In this document: positions 1-10,805 of the stretch, piece after piece
Numbering within the stretch: the stretch's first letter is position 1
Layout of the letters: each line of letters opens with the position of its first letter
Notes under the pieces: generated by a model
What the model saw: only the letters and a program-made list of their open reading frames with translations
What the model was told of the DNA's origin: nothing
Databases searched by the model: none
Assembly: GCF_036321535.1 (NCBI RefSeq)
Contig: NC_087436.1
Location: forward strand, 30,568,001-30,632,000
DNA length: 64,000 nucleotides
Reading direction: 5' to 3'
Source of the DNA: Camelus dromedarius
Lineage: Eukaryota
Position numbers and translations under genes: made by a program

Positions 1-2974
1 GGAAGGAGAATTTATTGAATCTCATAAGAAATGCTTTGTAGAGCATTTTCAGTGGGTGAGGGTTCTCATAACCACCTCCTTCAACAGAGGGGTAGTACAT
101 ACATCCTGTATGGATTTTAGATAGGATGGGAGAGTGCTGAAATCTACAAATATTTATGTGACGAGGACTAGGAGATAAAGTTACATACTCTAACACTAAT
201 TCAAAACTACATAGTATTTACTAAACATTAGTCAACAACTTATTCCTGTCTCAACATAATATTTTAAAAAGGTAGGTTGCTTAATAGTAATTTAGACAAT
301 TGGGTCCAACACATTTTACGTGCAATAAAACAAGAGTAATGAAGAAATAAATGTAACTTCCTGCCTACCTCAACATAATTGTAGGGAAAAGTGACAATAC
401 TAAAATCCAGGGACCAGGAACATTTTAAACACCCAATTCACTCAATTCTATTCACTGACACAATTGTCTATAGACTTTGCTCTCTAGACACACATACAAA
501 TTACTTGCAGAAAGAGCTATTAAAGCTGAAGAAAATTGTTTTCTATACTTTCTGGGCAAAAAGAGGAAAACTGTGTGACTGGTATTCTGCACAGCCACAG
601 GAAAATCTGTGTAGTGTTTTAAGCTATTATATAAAAATATGGTTATATTTACTTGCATAAGTGCTTATTTCCAAGTTTTTATTTAGAGTGAATATAACAC
701 TTTGTAAATAGAGTTGATATTATTAAAAAACATACATATAATTTACGTTATGGTAATTGCTTTTCCACCTTCTTTCAGAATAGCATACATCTTTTTTAAG
801 AAAGAGCAATTTGGATTTATTTTGAATATTTTTTCAATTATGAAAAAAATCGCCCACAATTTGAAGAAATATAGTAGGACTTACTCTTGAAGAAATACTT
901 TAATGTGGCCACAGTAGGTTGTGGGCAGTTGAAAAGAACAGTAGTTAGTTGGCTAACAAAGGAAAGGACTAGAAGTGTCCTGAGTGTACAATTTCAGAGA
1001 TTCAGTACAACATAACTGTCCCCCAAATACTTCGGCACTAATATTTGCCCTACTATCTGAAATATCATTTATTAAAGTCATTGTTTTGGGCTAAAATATT
1101 GTTTTCAAGAAGTCTTGATTTTAAAATATGTAGTAATAGTAGCAGTAGTAGATAGCAATGACAACAAGAATGACAATACAATGATCTAGCAACTTGCTAA
1201 AGATAACAGCAAACAAATAGGATGTGAAATTTTGAACCCAGATTATGCATGTGTATGTGCGTGTGTGTATTTTTATAGAGAAAGAAAGTGAACGAGACAG
1301 AAAGAGAAACAGACGGAGGCAGGCTGCTTCTCATCCGGATCCCTCTCATTCTGAATTAGCTACTTTTTGCAGTGATGGGCACATTGTTTAAAAGAGTTTT
1401 AGGCCACAGGCATAAAAAAGTCTTACTTCTAGTAGTTCTTCAGCAAATTGTCTTACAATTGTTCCTTCTTATTTATTCATTTCTTCTCCTATATTTACTT
1501 GTCCTTACACAGAAACAGAAGATGAGATCCAGAACAAGTAAAGCACTTGACAGCAGTAGAGCAGGACTTAAGGTGGCCTTCACAGAGTAGTAAGTGCTAT
1601 TGCAAACTTTTCTCTAGCTATCCAGAAAAATGCTGATGTCGCATTGAGTAAATACATAATTGTATCAATTAATCAATGTAATCTGAGGTGTGCATGTGTT
1701 TAGTGTCAAAACAAAAATTAAAAAAAAAACTATCACCAATTTAGATGTGTCCAAAATAACTTCCAAAAAATGTAAACTGTAATTAAATGATTTACTAACA
1801 AGATTAATACATTTTGTCAAGCAATGCCTTTACTACATGCTTTACTATTTTAATCCATTGTTCTATTTTACCATAAATTTAAAAAGTATGATTTAAGAAA
1901 CTGTATTTGTTTTCTCAGCAGTATTTCAAATAATTAATTACTTCAGTTGTATTTGTTTTGAGAGTGAAATCTACTACCCAATATAGCCTTTATGTCATTC
2001 TTTGTTTCAAAAGTTTATATCTTAATGTCACATATAAACCAGACTATGAAACCCCACAGTGATTATGCCAACTCAGCAACATTTTGTTGGCACTTATTTT
2101 TTTCTTTTTATTCTTGCATGGGAACTTTACAACTTCTAAGATGTAAGGAATATTTTAAAATCATTCTTAGGCTTCCAGGTCAAGACCACAAGATGCACAC
2201 CAACATGCAAATGCTCTCCCAAATTTCCGCTGCAAGTGCAGTATAAGGTTTAGGGGGAGTGGAAGTGCTACAGAGAAGGAAACATAACTCTGCAGCAGGG
2301 GAGTCACACATCAGGCTTCGGGTAGCAGTGGGGGTGAGTGTGGGGTGGCAATAGAAGCAACTGAATCAGTAGTGAATGCTCTGTGCTGAAGGCTCATGAG
2401 ACACCTAGTTTGAAATTAAGCATGGAGGTGAAGAATTAGGTATGAGATTGAAAAAAATAAGGGTTAATTAAAGATTATTCTGCACAGCAGTTGCTCCACA
2501 GTTTGTTTCAGCTCTACCTCTCAGTAGGAGTGTTTACATATGGAGGACGGGTGCAGTTTAACAGCCAGTTCCCCAACTAAATACATTCAGGTGGGCTCTC
2601 ACACTCTACTTTTGTTTTCATGAAGTTTCCCAAAAGTGGGGGAAGAACTTTTGGAAAAACAGTTATATGTATGCTGAAGCATAGGAAATCTCCTTTGACT
2701 GTATTACAAAATTCTGTCTAGTCATTCCAGAAAATGAATTAACAACCAGGATTTGCCACATTGGTTTCAATAAAAACAGTTTAAAAGACAAAGACCAAGA
2801 TGGAGAAGCCAATCCTGATATAATCAGAAATAACTAAGGAGTAGAAGATAACTTAAAAAAAAAAAAAAAAAAAAAACCAAAAAGCTATGAGACTAGAATT
2901 CTCAGAGATGTATTAAAAGACATTGCATCCTTAAAACCAAGAAGGGGAACGATTAGAAGAAAATGAAGAATTCT

Positions 2975-4238
2975 TTAAAAACCATACATACAAGAATATC
3001 TAGGGGACCCTGGGTTTGGTGATGACTTCTAACACAACACCAAAACCTGTATCCAAATAATTTTTAAAATTATAAAACAGATGTCATTAAAATTAAAACC
3101 TTTTGCTCCTCAAAAGTCAAGCTACCTACTCAGAGTAAATATTTAAAGAATACATATCTGATAAAATACTGGTATCCAAAATACACAAAAACTCTTAAAA
3201 CTCAACAATGAGAAAACAAATAACCCAATTAGTATTTGGGCAAAGGATGTGAACAGGCATTTAACCAAAGGAGATATACAATTGACAGATAAGCATATGA
3301 AGAGATGTTCCACAATAAATCGTTAGATAATTGCAAGTTAAAGCAACGAGACACCACTACATATCTAATAGAATGGCTAAAATCTAAAACACTGACAGCA
3401 CCAAATTCTGCTGAAGAGGTAGAGCAATAGGAACTCTCATTCACTGATGCTGAAAATGTAGAATGGTACAACCACTTTAGAAGACAGTTTGGCAGTTTCT
3501 TACAAAATTAAACATACCCTTACTAAAAAATCCAGTAATCATGCTCCTTGGTATTTACCCAAATGAGTTGAAAAGTTACATCCATTTTAAAATCGCACTC
3601 AAATATTTATAGTAGTTTTATTCATAATTATTAAAAGTCAGAAGTAATCAAAATGTCCTTGAGTAGGTGAATGGACAAATAAACAGTGATATATACAGAT
3701 AATGGAATATTATTCAGTACTAAAAAGAAATGAGCTATGAAGCATATAAAAAGACATGGAGGAGCCTTAAATAGATATGACTAAGTGAAAGAAACCAATC
3801 TGAAAAAGCTTCATATTATATGATTCCAACTATATAACATGCTGGAAAAGGTGAAAATATGAAGACAATAAAATGGTAAGTGGTTGCCAGAAGTTTAGGG
3901 AAGAATGAAGAGATAAATAGGCCCAGCACAGGAGATTTTTAAGGCAGTGAAACTATTCTGAATGATACTGTAATGGAAGATACATGTCATTAAGCATTTG
4001 TCAAAACTCATAGAATATATAACACAGAGAATGGATCTTAATGTAAACTATTGACTTTAGTTAACAATAACGTATTAATATTGAGTCATCAATTATATCA
4101 AACATATCACACAAATGCAAGATGTTAATGGGATAATTGTGTGTGCCGTGGGTGAATATGCGAATTCTAAAAATTTTTCATTAAATATTTCTCTAATCCT
4201 AAAAGTGCTTCCCCAAAACAAGGTCTAATGTTAAAAAA
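2975..4238 (+). mobile_element. Old L1 (L1MC-like), 3' part of ORF2 plus 3' UTR, degraded
   Basis: ORF2 C-terminal remnants (aaaatactggtatccaaaatacac, ccactttagaagacagtttggcagtttctt, tccttggtatttacccaaatgag). L1MC-type 3' UTR (aatgtaaactattgactttag) ends in an A-run at about 4233-4238. Confidence 0.8.
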
Positions 4239-4251
4239 GTCTAATATATAG

Positions 4252-4255
<4 letters not shown>

Positions 4256-4282
<27 letters not shown>
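4256..4282. repeat. (CA)n microsatellite
   Basis: Perfect AC repeat seen directly. Confidence 0.95.
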
Positions 4283-4291
4283 AACCCAGAA

Positions 4292-4549
4292 CAGTTATCC
4301 TTTGGGATCTGCAGGGAATTGGTTCTAGGAGCCCCTGAAGTTTACTAAAATCCCACAGTCAGCCCGCGGGATACTGGAGTTGGTATCCATGGATTCAACC
4401 GATTGCAGATGGAGATTTCAATTCTTGATTGATTGAATCCTCAGATGGGAAACCTGTGAATACAGTAGGCCCACTGTATATTTATTGAAAAATATCCGCA
4501 TGTAAGTGGACTGAGGGAATTCAAACGTATGTTGTTCAAGGGTCAACAG
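4292..4549 (+). mobile_element. TcMar-Tigger non-autonomous element (MER8/Tigger2-like MITE)
   Basis: Starts cagttatcc...gggaattggttctagga and ends gaaaaatatccgcatgtaagtggac...gttgttcaagggtcaacag, resembling MER8-type termini. Imperfect TIRs. Confidence 0.7.
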
Positions 4550-5189
4550 AAAAGAGACAGAGGAGAGGGAATGAGAAAGGAAGACCTTTTGTTTGCTTCC
4601 ATTTCATTTTGTTCCAAGAAATGTTATTTTTCAGTACTTTTACAGACCAATGATATAAAAAGCAGTTTCCAGGAAAAATACACAGAAGGAATGCAAATAT
4701 TCATAAAGACGTTCACCCTCACCCATTATTAAATTTTAGTTTTTCAAACCAAGACATGCTATTTTTCATCTACCATACTGTAAATATTTTATAGCTTCAT
4801 ATTAATTAGAGTTGATGAGTGTGAGAAAATGGTCACATCTTATCCACTTTTTGGATAAACAAACAGATTTAACATTTATAGAAAGCAATTTATAATACTT
4901 AGTCAATTATAAAATGCACATATAATTTGGTCTAACAGTTTTGTAGTTAGGCATTTATCCTGATTTTTTCCACAAGATGTTCTCCAAAGTAGGATTTCTG
5001 GTATAAATGATTTATGTGTATACACATATACTGGTAAAGGCCAGCTAAGACCAGATGCTACCATCCTATACCCAATGCTCAGCAACTCAAGAGTGAAGCA
5101 TACCACTGTCCCCACACTGAGATGTAGAGCCAGCCCTGGCTCAAAAGTTTTGCCCAGGGGAGACATAAAAGCAGAGCTATGAGCTTTTC

Positions 5190-5956
5190 CCCAAATAACT
5201 AGACTTAACTGAAACACAGTGTAGGGAATTTCAAGCCTAAGGGAGCTCCTTTTGGAGCAAAGAAGTTAAGATGAGACTTGTAGCTTCATTAGAGATATAA
5301 CTATTCATAGGATAGACATTTTATCAGTGAGATTCAGGGAAAGATCTAAGAAGAATCTTCTTGAGGTCACAACAAATCTCAAACACTGACTGACATACAA
5401 AACATCCTTGCAAAGAGGCCTGATTTTAGTTGACTTCCTCTTTGGAGCAAAGTATTCCCCAGAATGTGGTTGATAGCAATAAAACACTCAGTCATCAATT
5501 AGGGGAGCTTAACAGCAGAGTGTGGTAAGAATAAGAGCATATCTTAGACAGCCCCACCAAAACCACTGTCACCTCAGGGAGACTGTGCTCATGCCCAAGA
5601 CTGTGCCCTCTGATGAACCCCATCAGGGTCTTCACAGCTCAGTGGAAACAGATTTCGCTGGAGTAATCCAGCCAGTCACTCAACAAACAAGGGAAGGGTA
5701 TTAACAATTCCTGAGGAGGGTGGTGGCAACATCAAAGTTATTACAATATTTCCTAAAATGTCTAGTTTTAAATTTTAAAAAATGTATAAGAAATGCAAAG
5801 TAACAAGGAGAAAGTGATCCATAGACTAGAAAAAAAGGCAATGGAAAATTAATTTGAAAGAAATGAGATGTTGGATTTAACAGATAAAGACTTCAATGTA
5901 ACCATTAAAATATGATAAAATAACTAAACTAAAAATGCTTAAATAAGTAAAGAAAA
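5190..5956 (+). mobile_element. Old L1 5' UTR/ORF1-start fragment (L1M-type)
   Basis: Motifs such as gagatgttggatttaacagataaagacttcaatgtaaccattaaaatatg are typical of ancient L1 ORF1 5' regions. Confidence 0.55.
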
Positions 5957-6229
5957 TGTGATGGCTAACTTTACGTGTCCACTTGCTGGGCTGAGGGATG
6001 CCCAGATAGCTGGTAAAGCATTATTTCCTGGTGCATCTGTGAGAGGGTTTGTGGAATAGTTTAACATCTTTTTTTTTTTTTTATTTTGGGGGTAGATAAT
6101 TAAGTTTATTTATTTTTAGTGAAGGTACTGGGGATTGAACCCAGGACTTTGCGCATGCTAAGCAGAAACTCTACCACTTGAGCTATACCTCCCCCGAGTT
6201 TAACATCTTAATTGATGAACTGAGTAAAA
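5957..6229 (+). mobile_element. MLT2D-like ERVL LTR, 5' fragment, interrupted by a SINE
   Basis: tgtgatggctaactttacgtgtccacttgctgggctgagggatgcccagatagctggtaaagcattattt matches the MLT2 LTR start. It resumes after the SINE (aattgatgaactgagtaaa). Confidence 0.8.
6071..6195 (-). mobile_element. tRNA-derived SINE (camelid Vic-1 type)
   Basis: Minus strand reads ggggaggtatagctcaagtggtagag...gtcctgggttcaatccccagtac (A and B boxes) followed by an A-tail. 13-bp TSD agtttaacatctt at 6058-6070 and 6197-6209. Confidence 0.9.
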
Positions 6230-6239
6230 TATTTAAATA

Positions 6240-6462
6240 CCTACTGATTCTTCAGGGATTAACATGTACCAAACATGGCACAGAACATGTTACATTAATT
6301 TCCTCATGTAATCCTGACAATAATCTGATGATAAGTAACTGAATTTGCCCACTATAAAGTTATCATATTTTACAGAAAAGAGAAATAGAGATTAGAAAAA
6401 TTATAAAAATCAGGCAAAGATAACACAACAATAGAATGGCTGAGATGAACCCCAAGGAGTTT
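6240..6462 (-). mobile_element. MIR SINE fragment
   Basis: MIR-like core: cattaatttcctcatgtaatcctgacaataatc...atattttacagaaaagagaaatagag...ggctgagatgaaccccaagg. Confidence 0.6.
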
Positions 6463-6477
6463 AAGATGTTTTGTTAG

Positions 6478-6868
6478 AATGGGATACTATTCAGCCATAC
6501 AAAAGAATACAATAATGTCATTTGCAGCAGCATGAGTGGACCTGGAGATCATCATCCTAAGTGAAGTAAACCAGAAAGGAAGAAAATTACCATATGATAC
6601 CACTTATATGTGAAATCTGAAAAAAAAAAAAAAGACATAAATGAACTTGTCTACAAAACAGAAACAGATTCAGACATTCAGACATAGAAAACAAACTTAT
6701 GGTCACCATCAGGGAACAGGGGTAGTAAGGGATAAATTGGGAGTTTGAGATTTGCACATAGTAACTACTATATATAAAATAAATAAACAACGAATTTCTA
6801 CGGCATAGCACAGGGAACTATTTTCAATATCTTGTAGTAACTTATAATGACGAAGAGTATGAAAAGGA

Positions 6869-6935
<67 letters not shown>

Positions 6936-7014
6936 ACTGAAACATTATGCTGTACACCATAAATTGATGCAACATTGTAAACTGACTGTACTTCAATTAA
7001 AAAAAAAAAAAACC
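6478..7014 (+). mobile_element. 5'-truncated L1 (ORF2 C-terminus + 3' UTR + polyA) with internal (TG)n(TA)n
   Basis: Perfect 15-bp TSD aagatgttttgttag at 6463-6477 and 7015-7029, with a TT|AAGA endonuclease-type site. ORF2 end remnant (ccatatgataccacttatatgtgaaatctga). A-tail at 6999-7012. Confidence 0.9.
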
Positions 7015-7438
7015 AAGATGTTTTGTTAGGAAGAAGAAGGATGGATTTGAAAATGGAGAATTCTGCGACACATTCTGGCAGTAAAGCTTGGCAGCCCTGG
7101 AGCAATAATGCCTCAGCTCAGATCTCCTAGTGTCAACAACAGTTGACACCTTCACCTCTTTCCTTCTTATACCTCTTTACTCTGGCGGCATCCTCCTCTG
7201 ACTCTCCTATCTCTTTCCTTATCTATTTTTTTCCCCTCTCACAGGGAAAAAACCTTCTTGCCTATGTTATTTCAGAAGCCTACTCCTACTCACCAATAAT
7301 CTGGCCTTTAGTTTGCACTCTCCCAATCTATCAGAGTGCTCTTCTGAAATGTAAAATTGATCTTATCATTGTCTATGGCATGAGGTTCATAGTTTGCAGA
7401 ACTTCATAATGGAACCATAATGCATATATACACCACAA

Positions 7439-7850
7439 TTCCTTTCCAAGGGGAATCCTCGGCTGATCAACTGGACTGTCCTCTACAGAAGAAAGCACAA
7501 AAAGGGACAATCTGAAGAAATTTTTAAAAATAAAATAAAAGAACCCGCCATGCAGTCAAATTCCAGAGGGCCATAACTGGTGCATCTCTTGCTGATATAA
7601 TGGACAGGTGGAATCAGAAACCTGAAGTTAGGAAGGCTCAATGAGAACATGCCATCAGGGCTGCCAAGGAAGCAGAAAAGGCTAAGCAAGTATCTAGAAA
7701 CATAGCCATGGCTGCTGCAAAGGATCCCACGAAGGCAGCACTTAAGCAAAAGACTGTGAAGCATGTAAGTTTCTGTGCCCCAAGTTGGTGGAAAACACTA
7801 AGTTGGCAGATCAGATTTTTAAATAAAGATCTGACTATAACTAGAAAAAA
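7439..7850 (+). pseudogene. RPL24: 60S ribosomal protein L24 processed pseudogene, 5'-truncated
   Basis: Translates [28 protein letters not shown]...[74 protein letters not shown]...VGGKH*, matching the RPL24 C-terminal ~3/4. Intronless, with premature TGA at 7642-7644, frameshifts, stop at 7799-7801, AATAAA at 7822-7827 and a short A-tail at 7845-7850. Confidence 0.95.
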
Positions 7851-8466
7851 CATGATTTTTCTTTCATGCTATCTGGTATTACATGCTAACAGAATTTGTG
7901 AAAAATACGCCATGTTCTTCTATTGCTGCTCTAGCCTGATTAATACCCAGTGAATTCAGAAAATCTCACATTCTTTCTTTAAAATGTGCTTTAGTTCTGA
8001 AATGACTCACCTAATTTTCGAGTCACTGAATCATGAGATGCCCTGGTCTATCAAATAGGACAGAAAAAGACTGTCTTGTTTCCTCACTATCATCCCATTA
8101 TTATTGTCTAAAACTGCCAATGCCAAGGATAAACTCCTTTTACATTATAATGTACCAAATAAGAAATTACAAGCTAAATGCCAATATGACCTCAGGAAAA
8201 TGTTTCACAAATTACGCTTCAATCACATTGCTTCTTCCAACAACTGGATTCCACTTGATATCTGAAAAGAAAACAACAAACATTCAAACTAAAAGCCAGC
8301 ACTAGAGTCCCAAGTCTACCCACAAATGGTTGCATAAATAGCTCAGAAAAAAGAAACAAATAAAAAAAAAAAACCACGAGAAAAACACTTAAATCTCAAT
8401 CTCATCATCTGTAAAATGAAGTTGTGAAACAGATGAACCCAAAGCTCTTCTCAAGTTGTATGATTT

Positions 8467-9496
8467 TTTTTAACATTTTTTATTGATTTATAATCATTTT
8501 ACAATGTTGTGTCAAATTCCAGTGTTCAGCACAATTTTTCAGTTATTCATGGACATATACACACTCATTGTCACATTTTTTTCTCTGTGAGTTATCATAA
8601 CATTTTGTGTATATTTCCCTGTGCTATACAGTGTAGTCTATTCTACAATTTTGAAATCCCAGTCTATCCCTTCCCACCCTCCACCCCCCTGGTAAGCACA
8701 AGTCTGTATTCTCTGTCTGTGAGTCTATTTCTGTCCTTTATTTACGCTTTGTTTTTGTTTGTTTGTTTGTTTTTGTTTTTGTTTTTTAGATTCCACATAT
8801 GAGCGATCTCATATGGTATTTTTCTTTCTCTTTCTGGCTTACTTCACTTAGAATGACATTCTCCAGGAGCATCCATGTTGCTGCAAATGGCATTATGTTG
8901 TCGGTTTTTATGGCTGAGTAGCATTCTATTGTATAAATATACCACATCTTCTTTATCCAGTCACTTGTTGATGGACATTTAGGCTGTTTCCATGTTTTGG
9001 CTATTGTAAATAGTGCTGCTATGAACATTGGGGTGCAGGTGTCTTCCTGAAGTAGATTTCCTTCTGGATACAAGCCCAGGAGTGGGATTCCTGGGTCATA
9101 TGGTAAGTCTATTCCTAGTCTTTTGAGGAATCTCCACACTGTTTTCCATAGTGGCTGCACCAAACTGCATTCCCACCAGCAGTGTAGGAGGGTTCCCCTT
9201 TCTCCACAGCCTCTCCAGCATTTGTCATTTGTGGATTTTTGAATGATGGCCATTCTGACTGGTGTGAGGTGATACCTCATTGTAGTTTTGATTTGCATTT
9301 CTCTGATAATTAGTGATACTGAGCATTTTTTCATGTGCTTTTTGATCATTTGTATGTCTTCCTTGGAGAATTGCTTGTTTAGCTCTTCTGCCCATTTTTG
9401 GATTGGGTTGTTTTATTTTTTCTTATTGAGTCGTATGAGCTGCTTATATATTCTGGAGATCAAGCCTTTGTCGGTTTCACTTGCAAAAATTTTCTC
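8467..9496 (-). mobile_element. Young L1, sense 3' segment of a 5'-inverted insertion (ORF2 EKIFA...ICGI* + 3' UTR + polyA)
   Basis: ORF 8786-9349(-) is the ORF2 C-terminus with the CCHC motif ([18 protein letters not shown]). PolyT at 8464-8471. One in-frame TAA at about 9413-9415. Confidence 0.95.
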
Positions 9497-10400
9497 AAAA
9501 ACCACATGATCATCTCAGTCAATGCAGAAAAAGCATTTGATAAAATTCAACACCCATTTATGATAAAAACTCTCGCCAAAGTGGGTATAGAGGGAACATA
9601 TCTCAACATAATAAAAGCTATATATGACAAACCTACAGCCAGCATAGTACTCAATGGTGAAAAACTCAAAAGCTTCCCACTAAAATCTGGGACAAGACAA
9701 GGATGCCCACTATCACCACTCATATTCAACATAGTCCTGGAAGTCCTAGCCATAGCAGTCAGGCAAGAGAAAGAAATAAAAGGGATCCAAATTGGAAAAG
9801 AAGAGGTAAAAGTGTCATTATATGCTGATGACATCTTACTATATATAGAAAACCCTAAAAGGTCCACACAAAAGCTACTAGAGCTGATTGAAGAATTCAG
9901 CAAGGTAGCAGGTTACAAAATTAACGTTCAAAAATCAGTTGCATTTCTTTACACTAACGATAAATCAACAGAAAAAGAAAGTAAAGAAACAATCCCCTTT
10001 AAAATAGCACCCAAAGTAATAAAATATCTGGGAATAAATCTAACCAAGGAGGTGAAAGAATTATACACAGAAAACTATAAACCATTGATGAAGGAAATTA
10101 AAGAAGACTTTAAAAAATGGAAAGATATTCCATGCTCTTGGATTGGAAGAATCAATATAGTTAAAATGGTCACACTGCCCAAGGCAATCTACAGATTTAA
10201 TGCAATCCCTATCCAATTACCCAGGACATATTTCACAGAACTAGAAAAAATCATAATAAAATTCATATGGAACCATCAAAGACCTAGAATTGCCAAAGCA
10301 TTACTGAAGAGAAAGAAAGAGGCTGGAGGAATAACTCTCCCAGACTTCAGACAATACTATAGAGCTACAGTCATCAAGACAGCATGGTATTGGTACCAAA
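9497..10400 (+). mobile_element. Young L1, inverted 5' segment (ORF2 reverse transcriptase KNHMIIS...KTAWYWYQ)
   Basis: About 300 uninterrupted codons containing [21 protein letters not shown] and KYLGI. The whole insertion is flanked by a perfect 16-bp TSD tcaagttgtatgattt at 8451-8466 and 10401-10416. Confidence 0.95.
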
Positions 10401-10654
10401 TCAAGTTGTATGATTTATTGGTTTATTTTGCACATACATCTATTTTGTCATGACAGTAAAAACTGTTCCATATTTTGTTTTTGCTTGAATATATTTTCTC
10501 AAAGTACTCATTATTTTCTCTGTTCTCCTCAAATATTGTTTTTCTTTGTTTTCTATTTGGTATAGATAGAGGAAAACCTTCAAGTTTCACCTTCTGTCAA
10601 ATTGACTTTTTTGTTGGCTTCCATAAAAACATTAAAGTATTTGCTAGTATATCT

Positions 10655-10805
10655 TAAAAATCAAAATCCTCATGACAAGAAATGTGTAACTCTGTGTGGT
10701 GCTGGATGTTAACTAAACTTGTTGTCGTGATCATTCTGCAATATACACAAATACTGAATCATTTTGTCGTATACCTGAAACTAATACATTATAAGTCAAT
10801 AAAAA
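10655..10805 (+). mobile_element. L1 3' terminal fragment (L1MA-like)
   Basis: gatgttaactaaacttgttgtcgtgatcattctgcaatatacacaaatactgaatca...cctgaaactaata...aataaaaa. Confidence 0.7.

Noticed and set aside
6071..6195. tRNA gene call for this element (and for 28841-28944)
   Set aside because: A-tails and TSDs show these are retroposed SINEs, not tRNA genes.
9547..9903. 118-aa minus-strand ORF
   Set aside because: It is the common antisense shadow frame of L1 RT.
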